Assembly (NCBI GenBank): GCA_012295275.1
Contig: CM022665.1
Location: 38,254,001 to 38,318,000, forward strand
Reading direction: 5' to 3'
Length of the DNA stretch: 64,000 nt
From: Chrysomallon squamiferum
Taxonomy: Eukaryota > Animalia > Mollusca
The notes under the pieces were generated by a model. The model saw only the letters and a program-made list of their open reading frames with translations. It searched no databases and was not told where the DNA came from. The position numbers and the translations under genes are program-made. The first letter of the stretch is position 1, and each line of letters begins with the position of its first letter. Of this stretch, positions 40,401 through 51,633 are shown in pieces.

Positions 40401-43400
40401 TTGGATCATTTCAGACACTTTTGTACAAAACCATGTCATTTAATAAAGCCAGTATTGCAGCATTGGCTAGTATGGCGAACTTGAAATTTTAGGATTATTT
40501 TGTTAGACTCTACATGCATCTTCCTACATTCAAAAAGTTAAAACATAAAGTGCTGATTGGTATGTTCATATATTCCTGGAATTTCAACAGGCTTGTATAA
40601 ATCAATTTTCTCTTCATTATGAACTATATTTCTTGAGAAAACTGAACATTTTTTTTTTCTCTTAAAACAAACATTTTCACTATACAAGTGAAACTTCTGA
40701 TGCTTCTAAAATATTTAGAAAATATATTGGTGAAAAAAAAAGTTCAAATTCCTTTCTCTATTTATAATTTTCTTAATTTCAATAATTATTTCTTTTCAGT
40801 TGTCAGCACGTTCAGATTTTGAATACCGTGCTCTTGAAGTGTGCGAAATGATGGGAGATGATCAAACACTACAGCTGGCTATTCGATATGCCAGTCGACT
40901 CAAACATCTATTGCTGGCTCAACGTATCAGTGACTTGGTAAAGAAACAGATGCATCAGCACGAAGAGTTCAGAGATCACTACAACAGATGGTATGTATTT
41001 GTCATCTTATTCTGCTTTAAATAAAACCGATCTTTTTCCCAAATACACATTCCATGAAAATAGGTTAGAGATCACATGGTAGCATTTAAGGTCATATTTT
41101 GCCTTAATATCCCATGAAAATTGATTAGCGATATGATAGCAATATTTAATCTGATTCTGCTTGATATAATACAGATTTTATTCAAATATACATCTCCCAT
41201 GAAAATAGGTGAGAGATCAGATGGTACAAATTTGTTATCTTATTCTGTTGCTTAATACAACAAACCAGATATTTTCACAATTAAAATATCCCTCATATAG
41301 TACTTAGATTTTATTTCTGAATTATTCAGAATAATGCTAATATATAGCATTTTCATTTTAGTTGTTTTACACTGATATCATATACTTTAATTTAGAACAA
41401 ACAAAATGGTTATATCTTTAAAAAAATTATTTTAATTCTTTTTTTGCTAGCTAGAATCAGTCATGTAATAGGCACATATATATATCTATATGTTCATTTT
41501 TTGTTGTTTTGTTGGAATACATCAATTGTTATATGTTTTTTAAGAAAGCAACTTTATTTTCTTTTTTGTGATTTTAGTCAGAGTAACATTCACACAGACC
41601 AGACAGACACTGGGGAGTATTGTGATGCGGAGAACAAAGCTTATCAAATCAATGAAATGAAAGAAAAAGAAGATAAAGAAGAACAACAAGAACAACAAGA
41701 ACAAGAACAACAAGAAGAAGAAACGGAACAAAAAATTACAGGTTTGTGGAGGAGTAGCTAAAAAGGATTTCTTACTTTTGCATTAAAGTGACATTTTTGG
41801 TTTCTGATATCTTCTGAAACACACCCTTAATTCAAAGTATTTATGCTATAGGTACTAGATGGGCATTTCTATTTATATCTAGACTTTTGTAAAGTTTGGC
41901 AACCAGTTACATTGACATTTTTTCTGATACTTTCTCTGCCATTCAAAGTGTTCAGGTTATAGATCTCTGGACACACATTTCTGTTTATTTCTAGGTGTTG
42001 CATCAATGTTGTAAACCAATGAATGGAATTTCAGAATTTTAAATTTTATTTTACATTTTGCAGTGAAGTCATTATTTTTATATTGTGGGTGAATACTTTA
42101 AATGTGGTAGTCCTTTAAAATAAATTATTGTTGCTATTCAGAATAAATACCAGTAGGATATTATTATTTGTATCGATCTGGTACTCTACGTTAACGTTTT
42201 TATTTTCTATTCCTTTGAAAACATTACTAATAATCAATACATTGACATTTAGAAAGTAATTGCAGAAATTTCTTTTCTTTTCTTATTTATTTCAAATTTC
42301 AGAAATATTTTCATATTTCGTTGGTTCAAAACATTGTTTTTACAAATATGTTCTTTTTACTTTTTTTAAATTACAGAAAAAAAACTTTTCTTAATTTTTA
42401 AGTTAGGAAAAAAATTCAATCTTTTTGCCTTTTTTCTTTTCAAATTACAGAATAGAGATACAGATCACATGACTTTTGTTTGACTTCACTGTGTGATGAA
42501 GACACATTTTAGTGTCATTTTAAATGAAACTGAAGAACTTTTTGCAAGAACTTTTTAATCTTGAAAGGACTGTTGTATTTAATAATATTAACATTGAATG
42601 TTTGAAGTCATAACAATAATTTGTTTTGTTACATTCGTTGATCAAATGTATATTGTTTTGAATACTGTAGTGATTCCTTTACATGTTTATTTATTTATTT
42701 ATTTAATTAATAATGTTATTTAAAAATAATAAATTACTTTTCAGATTTTGTTACAGTTTGTTATAATCTTTTTTCTTTAATTTTTTTCAAAAAAAAAAAA
42801 AATAAAAACTTTTGTTTTTTTGTTTGATATTGTGAGGTATATTTGGCTCATCTTTCCAACAGTTACCCCATCAGATATCTGTCATTAATAATTGCATAAA
42901 CAATGACCATTTAAACATTTTACAAATATATTTGATTTTATATAATTCTGTGGGAAAAAAAGAGTATAATTGTAATACCTCACAACATTAAAACAACACA
43001 AAAAACCCCAGAAACAAATAAAAACAGATAAAAAATAGTAAAATGTTGCAATAAATCATAAAATAATAATAAACTTATTACCTTATTAACATTCTGGTGG
43101 TATTTTCTCTATCTCATTCTTTTTTTCTTTTTCTTTTTTATCTTTTTATCTGTTTAGATCCTGTATTTATTTAGTTAATAGTTAATGCATTTTTGATATG
43201 TATACTTCTAAACCAGAAATTGTTCATTTCACTAACATTTATGAAGGCAACATAATATTTTTCATTTCATAAGCTGTTCATGATTTGCAGTTGATTTTTA
43301 TTATAAATCTTATTGAAATGTTTTAGCTGACAGATAATTAAGTAAATCTCATATGTTTTTGTTCCTTGGTTGTGTTTTTTAACTAAATAATGAATGTTTT

Positions 43401-46400
43401 ATGAGATATTTCTTATTCTATTAGTTAGTAAAATGGGGAAAAAAACCTCAATGTCATTAATATAAGTAATAGATATTAAATAAAAACACATTAACATACA
43501 AGTTTTTTTTTAGAAGATAAATTAACAATACATACCTTAATCCTTAATTGTTACCTATCAGACAATGTATCTATACTATCTAAAAGAAAATTTTAATTCA
43601 TTTTGATTTATTTAATTGAATAATTCCCAAATTGGAATGTGTCCATTTCTAATATTTAAACATTTTTTTATTTTAAAACTATATGTTTAGGTCCTATGTT
43701 GGTCATCAAACCAAAAGAAGAAAAAGAAAACACATCAAGACCTTCATTCCTGGCTAAATCTAATCCATTCAAGGTATTTGTTTTTCACTTTCAGATGATT
43801 CAGTATAGGGGAGGTGGGGGGAATACAAGAAACGGAAACAAGGCTTACTGAGATCTGTAAGATCACAATGATTTATAAATGACATTGTATTTGCAAAAAG
43901 TGCGGGCATTGAACATAGAGGTATACCAAAATACATGAAAATATTTACATGGGTATGTCATTTAAATCAAATGGAAATTGAGGTATCTCACAAATATTCA
44001 GCTTTAGTACATACCTGATAACACATTTAAATTTTATGCTGCTTATTTAACTAAATATATTATAATTAAAGTAAAAACAAACAACACACAGCAATCAAAA
44101 ATCGATATATAAAAAATAATTTCACCTTTATAGAAAACATGTTTGTAAATCAGTTCTGTCAAGATTTATAAATGGATTACCTCTATTTTTTGAGCACTGA
44201 ACAATTGGAAATGTTTTTCTTCTATTTTTACAGAAATTAAGAAACAAATTATCACACTGAGAATATTCTGTATTTTTTAATTTAATACAAGCTGTGACAT
44301 ACCATTATTTCTGGTTGTGAATATACTGATAATCTGCAAGTGAGATCTAAATAATAGTTGATATATTTTTAATCATTGATTACAAAATAATTTGACAAAT
44401 TATTTTTTTTTGCAGTAAAATAAAATTGCTTCATTCAGCACTAAAGCAGTATGTAGATAATAAATGTGCACCACAAAATTCCATGTGTATAATTCATAGT
44501 TCCTGTTCCTTTGTCTGTTAATATGTTACACTTTTTTCTTTTCTTTTTCTATTTTTCTTTTTAATAAAATACTAAATATAAATTTTTATTATAATATAAA
44601 AAAATAAGAATTGATTTGTTTTGTTATTTATAGATATTTTTTTTAGATAGTGTAAAAATGTTTTATTTTTTTAATTTTAATTTTTTTTTTTTACTAGGTG
44701 CAAAGTTCCACAGCTCAGTCAAAAGGTGTGCAGAACAAAGGATCTCAAGTTTTTGACAGTTTGAATAAAACAAAACCAGAGAAGATATTAGCTCCACTCC
44801 CTGTCACTTTGAAAATTTCTAAGTCTGGTAACAGGAAGGTAAATGTTATTTACATTTGTTAAAAAAACAAAACAAAAAAACTTTTACCTTGTGTTTCTGA
44901 TAATGTCTTTAATATTTAACTTCTATAGAATGTCATGCATTTAACTTTAATAGAATGTTTTTATTTATAATAATAGCAATTTTAAGGCCTGTTACTGTTA
45001 CTGCTGACATTACTTACACTACTACTACACCAACTGCTATCACCACATGTACCACAGCTACACTAATACTATCATCAAGAACACCACAGTTATTAGAATT
45101 AATAAAATGAAAATAAAAACTTTAAATGGTGAGTTTAATTCGCTGAAGTATAAAAAAACTAATCAAGTGTCACAGCAATAAAGAATGTAATTCTAATTTA
45201 GATACTGTTATTTTAATTGAGGAGAAACAGATGTTCCAGGAAAAATAAAATAATAATTTATGATTACAAGAAATTTAAACCTTTAACAAATTGTTTACAT
45301 ATTTACATGGTAATCTGGCTGCAGTCTTTTAGTACTATTATTTCATGCAACTTCAAACTTATTATTTTGTTTTTTCAGACTTATATTTATTGAACATTAC
45401 ATTACATTTATCGAACAAACCAAATATAAAATTTATATTGTTAATTAACTAAAAATAATACATAATTAAATAACAAATATTTCCAGACTACAACTCTAAC
45501 CAACATGTTCAAGAAGAAAGGTGGTGAAGAGAAAGCAAAAGAGAAGAGTGAAGAAATGAATTGTTCAGAAGATGTAAAAAATAAACAAACAAAGGGGTGA
45601 GTAGGTCAATACTAAATCTTAGAGTGAGATATAGTCCTAGTGTGAAAATAGCTGGATTGTTCCACTACATCACATAGTTGATATGCCATAGATATATGCT
45701 TTTCTATATACTGAATTAAAATCTTAAATATTTTTTTTTTTTTTGTTGGTTGTTTTTCTTTGGGTTTTTTCCTCGTAATTTTGATATTATAGTTAGTACT
45801 GATTTTTAATTTTCCCATGAATGTATATTTGTTTTTAAGTTAATGATCCTGGAAACCTACCAAAACATTTAGCCTTTTTTTTTTTTTCCTCACACTTTTA
45901 AGGGAAGACATGCTGGTGAACATTGCTAAAATCAAAAAAAGTAAAAAATGTTTCACAGGTTTCCAGTTTTATCAAATTCATATTGTATAGTTATCTAACT
46001 TTCGGTAACTGCTTGCTTATGTCATGAATAAATAAGATATACACAACCACAATCATTTTAGTTCCTTTGTTTATGTTCAGTGTCAGACGTTTTATTGAAA
46101 AATATGTATATCTCATGCATTCCTGAACCTTTGTTGACATATACTGCATACTGGCAGAAAGCTCTACTTTTACACTACACAATGGTACAACAATTTCTTT
46201 TCAAATATTTGGTCATGTCTGTAAATTATCAGCTAGAAAACTGTCAGCTGAGAGAATACTAAGTAAGTGACATAGATTAACCAAAATGTGGCATGTGACT
46301 GCAGACTTCTTTGTTTATCTGTCACCATTGTTTTATGAAATTTCATAAGCTGTTTCATTGCAGTTTTACACAAATAAAATATCAGATTGTAGGTGAAAAT

Positions 46401-47597
46401 ATATTGCTACTTCGGGAAAGTTCTGAGACATAGAAAAGATCAGCTTCATGTGAGGAGAAAAACAAATCACAGTTTAAATTGTTAAAATTTAATTTTTTCA
46501 GCTGCATGTTTTTGTGGGGGGAGGTTATTTACTGAAATGTTTTATCTTTTTGTATGAATGTTGGTGAATTTCAAATAGAATCTTTTGAAATTTTCAGACA
46601 TTTTTCATAACACTATTCCCCATGTTACAAAACCGTCCTGATTAAAAAAACAAAGATTATTTTATCATGTAAAATGTTCATTTGTTTCCAATTTTGTAAG
46701 AACAATTTTTAAAATTTTAAAAAAATAAAAAGTTAAATAAAAAACAGTGAAAAGTCTTTTATAATGTGTATATGTATTTTAACTATTTATTTGCAAAGTT
46801 TGACCTACATATTGAAATCCTGATTTTGAGCTGACACCAGCATTTATTTCTGAATTTTTATCTCTTTTCTAATTATAATGACACTGTCTTAAAATTTCAA
46901 CAAATTGAAATTCTGATAAGAACTGGCGAAAAAAAAAAAACCCAATAATAATTGAATAAAATGAAATAAAATTTTACCAGCTTAATCATCAATGTCTTCC
47001 CTTAATTGTCCCAGTAACACAAACTCTCATTTTATAAAAACAGATTATTTTATATTTTAATTAAAATATAATTGGATTCTAATGTAAATAGTAAAGTTTT
47101 ATTTTTTCAGAGCACCAAATGCATTCCAGCTGTGGTTAGAAAGTAACAATGAAGAACTTAGAGAAGAGCATCCTGATTTGTCAGAAGAAGATTTTAATCA
47201 TCTTGCTGCAGAAAGATTCAAATCTTTACCTAAAGAAGAAAGACAGGTAGGACTTGTGTTCGATATTTGTAGTAAAAGATGTACAAAATTAATAAATGTT
47301 TATTTATTTTCTATTCATTTTATAAAAAATATAAATTTCATAATACTGATACTTTTATTCTGTTGTATAATTTAAATCTCATTACATTTTATTTTTAAGG
47401 TTTGGATACAGAAGGCCAAGTCTAAAAAGACAGATGAAAACCAGGATAAAAAAAGAAAAAGGGAAGAAACAGAAACAACTGATCCTGTTTCTGCAAAAAA
47501 TAAAAAAATCAACGATGATAATGTAGCTGATGTTAAAAATACACCTTCCAAAACAACCAATGAAAAACTGAAAAACTTTGCTTTTACCAAAGAGTGA
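27648..47597 (+). CDS. WDHD1: WD repeat and HMG-box DNA-binding protein 1 (AND-1/Ctf4 replisome hub); 27 coding exons, 1078 aa
   Basis: Exons 27648-27712,29465-29576,30032-30183,31726-31834,32130-32227,32679-32724,33027-33119,33527-33633,33806-33890,34421-34471,34878-35055,35378-35535,35984-36168,36451-36532,36868-37033,37497-37614,37948-38056,38607-38668,39070-39184,39562-39684,40800-40990,41578-41741,43691-43773,44698-44838,45487-45596,47111-47246,47400-47597 sum to 3237 nt with matching phases. Hallmarks: MRYAHTEGHTDVCYDD, FQPGSTP, WNSVGII, IDIEFHD, GKSDHYW, RCIPCKGSRFPPTLPRP, HMG box FQLWLE...RFKSLPKEERQVW, C-terminal KLKNFAF. Confidence 0.96.
28249..28927. mobile_element. Decayed hAT-like DNA transposon in WDHD1 intron 1
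   Basis: Imperfect TIRs CAGGGCTTCACT ... GGTCAAGGCCTG (9/12), GATACCA/CTACCA subterminal motifs at both ends, higher-complexity interior; no clean 8-bp TSD. Confidence 0.35.
29465..29576 (+). CDS. WDHD1: WDHD1 exon 2 (WD40)
   Basis: YVITSGADGDVRIWDGIDDDD...AIAFK; AG/GT flanks. Confidence 0.93.
30032..30183 (+). CDS. WDHD1: WDHD1 exon 3 (WD40)
   Basis: NTVQIHSFPHGEPCGIVTRF...VAGS. Confidence 0.93.
30205..31393 (+). mobile_element. Decayed DNA-transposon-like insertion in WDHD1 intron 3
   Basis: GC-richer interrupted coding-like interior (ORF 30315-30515 ...QQGGPCVIANDVEAIV); partial inverted ends ACTCCAAAA (30210) / TTTTGGAGT (31380); family not identified. Confidence 0.4.
31726..31834 (+). 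CDS. WDHD1: WDHD1 exon 4 (WD40)
   Basis: DFKLKIV...GHEAPILSVAMDPKEKYF. Confidence 0.93.
32130..32227 (+). CDS. WDHD1: WDHD1 exon 5 (WD40)
   Basis: VSSSCDGSVKVW...LLPKCNDV. Confidence 0.93.
32679..32724 (+). CDS. WDHD1: WDHD1 exon 6 (followed by GC donor)
   Basis: SSKTLCRVCWSREGK; donor AAG/GCAAGT. Confidence 0.85.
33027..33119 (+). CDS. WDHD1: WDHD1 exon 7
   Basis: YLFVPVLKEIHVYMRNSWDKLTTFSDRKISD. Confidence 0.9.
33527..33633 (+). CDS. WDHD1: WDHD1 exon 8
   Basis: IIYVMSLSPDGVRLGLGCLDGTLCIFDVE. Confidence 0.9.
33806..33890 (+). CDS. WDHD1: WDHD1 exon 9
   Basis: YNHRNKLTITALAWNPTKINELAFCDNH. Confidence 0.9.
34421..34471 (+). CDS. WDHD1: WDHD1 exon 10
   Basis: GQLGVVFDTPVRNPSDQ; CAG acceptor, GTAAGT donor. 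Confidence 0.85.
34878..35055 (+). CDS. WDHD1: WDHD1 exon 11 (acidic linker)
   Basis: EFEDDDDDLLLEAG...SEDEDDNDNQ; phases fit neighbours. Confidence 0.8.
35378..35535 (+). CDS. WDHD1: WDHD1 exon 12
   Basis: QKAFQPGSTPEHLLNRFM. Confidence 0.92.
35984..36168 (+). CDS. WDHD1: WDHD1 exon 13 (SepB domain)
   Basis: KWNSVGIIRQY...IDIEFHDSSTHH...ADLSNEAVVFAC. Confidence 0.94.
36451..36532 (+). CDS. WDHD1: WDHD1 exon 14
   Basis: KLTCMHFGSWDYSKEWTINMPDSEDIV. Confidence 0.93.
36868..37033 (+). CDS. WDHD1: WDHD1 exon 15
   Basis: AVTIGEGWIAVATDFRNIRLFTVGGIQLEIFSIPGPVV. Confidence 0.94.
37497..37614 (+). CDS. WDHD1: WDHD1 exon 16
   Basis: PGDQCLGI...LPLSPSATLCWIG; AAG acceptor. Confidence 0.88.
37948..38056 (+). 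CDS. WDHD1: WDHD1 exon 17
   Basis: FSTEGTPFYMDCSGIVRMWNRGFGGTWVQVANTRDH. Confidence 0.94.
38607..38668 (+). CDS. WDHD1: WDHD1 exon 18
   Basis: AKGKSDHYWIVAIHEDPQQL. Confidence 0.94.
39070..39184 (+). CDS. WDHD1: WDHD1 exon 19
   Basis: CIPCKGSRFPPTLPRPAVAMLPFHIPLC. Confidence 0.95.
39562..39684 (+). CDS. WDHD1: WDHD1 exon 20
   Basis: ETLFRTRLFANH...QETLMKLFA. Confidence 0.9.
40800..40990 (+). CDS. WDHD1: WDHD1 exon 21
   Basis: LSARSDFEYRALEVCEMM...LAIRYASRLKHLLLAQRISDL. Confidence 0.93.
40967..41300. repeat. Degenerate tandem repeat (~4 units) starting at WDHD1 exon 21 donor
   Basis: Unit ATGGTA...TCTTATTCTG...CCATGAAAATAGGT.AGAGATCA at 40988, 41076, 41133, 41221. Confidence 0.75.
41578..41741 (+). 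CDS. WDHD1: WDHD1 exon 22 (E/Q-rich, coding microsatellite)
   Basis: QSNIHTDQ...KEEQQEQQEQEQQEEETEQKIT; phases 2 and 1 fit flanking exons. Confidence 0.8.
43691..43773 (+). CDS. WDHD1: WDHD1 exon 23
   Basis: PMLVIKPKEEKENTSRPSFLAKSNPFK. Confidence 0.85.
44698..44838 (+). CDS. WDHD1: WDHD1 exon 24
   Basis: VQSSTAQSKG...VFDSLNK...GNRK. Confidence 0.82.
45487..45596 (+). CDS. WDHD1: WDHD1 exon 25
   Basis: TTTLTNMFKKKGGEEK...; GTGAGT donor. Confidence 0.82.
47111..47246 (+). CDS. WDHD1: WDHD1 exon 26 (HMG box)
   Basis: APNAFQLWLESNNEELREEHPDLSEEDFNHLAAERFKSLPKEERQ. Confidence 0.93.
47400..47597 (+). CDS. WDHD1: WDHD1 exon 27 (last coding exon)
   Basis: VWIQKAK...KKRKR...NEKLKNFAFTKE* (TGA followed by a second TGA). 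Confidence 0.92.
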   Translation, partial: VWIQKAKSKKTDENQDKKRKREETETTDPVSAKNKKINDDNVADVKNTPSKTTNEKLKNFAFTKE

Positions 47598-50500
47598 TGA
47601 ATATTTTGAATAGAGAATGAATTGTTTCCTAATTTAAATATAATGGAAAGTTAATTTCTATGAAATAGTGCTCATTTTAATAAGTTAAAAACATTATATT
47701 TAAAAAAAAGAGAACTGGACAATATTAAAAGAAATTTTAAAATTCATTCTAATCAACTGATCGACTTGATATTAAAAATGTATATATTCATTTGGTCATT
47801 TTTTTTGCATTAAATATATTACATTTTTATGAATGTAAACAGAAACTGTGTGAGCTTGGCTTGTTAATGCAAAGAATGTTCTGCCAAAGATATACTGGGA
47901 CACAGGATCAGTCCTTCTGAACATGATTATATATTTTCCTATAATAAGTTTCCCACATGGTATCACTTTGATTTCACTTGTACCATATTTACTCAGTTCC
48001 TGAAATAAAGTCTAATAACTGTTTAATATAAAAGAAATTAACCATGTCACTACTTCCAAATGCTACTGAAATATTAAATTACATCAAAAGGAAGAGTAGG
48101 CAAAGTGGTTATAAATGTTTGATTTACATAATCAGAGGTGTTAATTTGTCTTGATGCATTTATCTGAGAAAGGATATTCATCTTTGTAATTAGTTTAAAA
48201 ATTAAAATATTTCATTTTAAGGGGGAAAAGGAGTAATAAATCTCACTGTCCAAAAACATAGGTATTGAAAATGGCTTATAGTTGAAAAAACAACAACAAA
48301 ACAGCAAAGAATAATTTGAAATTTATTTAACACTTTTCATTGGTTCATGCAAGATAAATAAATCTATTGTTTATAAGCCTGGAATGCCAACTGGGTTTTA
48401 CAATCATTTCTACACATTAATGGACCTCTTTACTCTGTTAGAAACAGGACTGTACATTAATTTAAAAAAAAAAAAAAATACAAACAAAACACAACAGAAC
48501 ATTCCCCAAGAGTTGAGAAACAACACATTTTCTAAACATTCCAGAAAAATAGAATTAAAAAAAGTAAAATTATGGTTAATAATTTAAAACACTCCCGTCT
48601 TTCCCCTGTCTAATACTTGATATGAAGTATTTTCTTTTGGAATATGTTATAGTATTTTGAAAGTTAAGCCATAAAAATTATAAAAAATGTTTAGGTTTGC
48701 TCTGTCATGTACATGGTTCAAACCAATACATTTGTTTTACTAAAATGGTGATGTTAGTAATTTTTATTTTTTTTGATCCCTTCATTTTTATTGCATTAAT
48801 AATTGTTCATTTATAGGTGTTACTTTATAATGAAATATGATATAACACTGAATAGTAAATAGATATGTGAACCAATATCCTGTTTCAAACTTTAATAATA
48901 AAACCTTTGATGAGCATGAAATTTTGTTAATATTATAATACCTGGTTAATAATTACTTGGGTATTATGCATATGCAATTAAAGAGATTTTTATACTATTA
49001 AAAAAAAATTAATGAACAAATAAGTCTATCATTAAATTTACTATGGAAATTATTAACATTTATTTTAATTTTATTAATTTACAATTATTGTAATAACTAT
49101 TGTATATATATCTTGGTTTGATAACTAATATAAATATATTTAAAATTAAAATTAAAATCACTGATTGTAAAATAAGATGTGGGATAAATATATATTTATA
49201 ATTATTAGTTCTGTATTTAATATTATTTTGAATATATTCCCATCCATTGGCAGTATTGTAGATCATCTCTTTGGTTATAAAAGATGGTACCATATCAAAA
49301 TAAATATGTTGTACAGGTCATTAAAACAGAAAAAATGATATATGTCTGTGGAAGAAAATTTAAATAATAAAAATATATACAATAAAATAACAAATGGTAT
49401 TAACTTCCAAAAAGGAAAATTGAAGGAAAAGGCTTATAATATTGTAAAATTTTATATTTATATCAATGAAGATATGTGAAAATAAGTTGAACATGGGGAA
49501 GATGCTTTCATTTCAGCTACATTTATTCAGAACCAAATGATATGAAATATATATATATATATAAAAAAAAAAAAAAAAAGTTTTGTTTTTTCAGCATTAG
49601 AGAAAGGATTTATGGGGGGGGAGAAAGAAAAAAAAAAACAAACACAAACAAATCCCATAAAATTCTTGGGAATTTCCTTATTTGTGCTTAGATTAATTTA
49701 AACCTAACCTGCTTTCAAAGAACACCTCTTCAAAATGTTTAAAATGGAGTAATTCAATTTGAATCAAATGTAACAACAAGTCTTATAATCATAAAACCTG
49801 AAATTCAAAAAAGTTCTTATACAAGTTATGCAAGAGACCAGGAACAAAGATTAAATGCAAATAAATAATGGTCAACCATATCAACATTCAAAAGTAATCG
49901 TAATAACCAAATCACCAGGGTAATTGAAACACAGGCTGTGCACGTCATAACATCAAACAATATGATTTAAAGAATTAAAAAAAAATATGCAGCACTGCAT
50001 GATCAGACAGGCCAGCTTTGTATGTTCGGGATTCCTATATAAAGTACTTAGTGTGTCAGTGTGTCAGCGAGTGTGTGTATGTGTGCACATGTGTGCATAC
50101 ATGAATATGTATAAAATATCTAATATTACATGAAATGAATTACTGCAGTTTGCTATAATTTTTTTAATAATTTTTTTTCACTTTTTAAACTTTTTGTTTA
50201 TATTTTTACATAGGCTATACAATTCTTTACTGACTGTTGTGAATCCCTTGTAGGTACCTATTACTTCAGCCTATCTCGAATAAAAAAAAAATGCACAAAT
50301 CAAATTTAGTAAGCAGACCGCATACCACAAATATAAATAAAATCATTTATTATGGATAAAAATAAGCAGCAACCAAATAATTACATACATATATAATTTT
50401 AATGCTTGAAAGAAAAGATACTTTCAAATATAACAACTTTTTGCACCAATACCTATTTCTATCTTTTAAAAGGAGATAAGAAATTTTATTTGAGTGTTAT

Positions 50501-51544
50501 TTAATCCATCCGATTTTATAAAATTATTTCCTAAATAAAATGTTTGTCTTAAAAAATATTTATGACAACTTTTCTCAGAGGATTGGTAAATGAAGCCTTT
50601 AATTTTATTCATGAATTTACTTGAAATTATTTTGACAACAGTAGAATTTACATAAATTGAGCAGGGAAAATGATCACTTTATCAAAAAGATGACTAATGT
50701 ATACATGTACGAAACATGACAATGACAAAGGCACTAAAACATTCCAAATTACTATCTAATGACAGAATGTGTTCTTTTCCTTATCAATAGCTAAACATTT
50801 AGTTGTAACAATTTCACAAAGTAAAAATACACAGGGCAAATTACAACATACATACAAAAACCAATGTACATATTTTACAGTTGTTTAAAATACATTTCAA
50901 GTAGTGAGAAAAAAAAAAATTAATGCCTCAGTATAATAAAATTTAAATAATTCATGAGAAACTAAACTTCACCAATGCTTAATTTTGGTTTTCTTTCACT
51001 GCAATGTGATAGAGTTGTACAGGATATTGCAAAATAAAATGCACCTTTTTTCCCCCAGAAAGCAGAGAAATCTTTTGATTGTAACTGAATATTTAAAACA
51101 AATTAAAATACTCCCCATTCACAAAAGAAAACATGAATGAATATGAAATATCTAGCGATTACAAAAGATGTTACAGATACCAAATCTAGTATTCAAACGA
51201 GATTGGGGTTAAAAAGGTACATTTTGTTTTTGACAGTATGATTTGTTTCATTAGGATAATACTCTATAATAAAACTGTATTACTATTAAGCTATTAGCGA
51301 TTAAAAACAAATGAATCATAAAAGTTCTCCTTTCTTTGTCTCAAGATTTGACATACAAATTTCAAGACTGATGATCAACACATTAACTGAATGAAGAAAA
51401 CCAAGTGAAAATACAAAAATAACATACTGTACAAAACTGGGAGAAATGCATATTTTAATATACAATTTGGCATTTAGTTCCTTTCATGAAAAATATTGTC
51501 TTTTGATTTAGATTTTTTTTGTATTTGCTACAATCAGTAGAAAT

Positions 51545-51575
<31 letters not shown>

Positions 51576-51594
51576 CACCAGATCCCAACCCCCC

Positions 51595-51633
<39 letters not shown>

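Noticed and set aside
42485-42536. C/D-box snoRNA-like GTGATGA...CTGA in a WDHD1 intron
   Set aside because: Only ~40 nt between boxes, too short, no guide recognised
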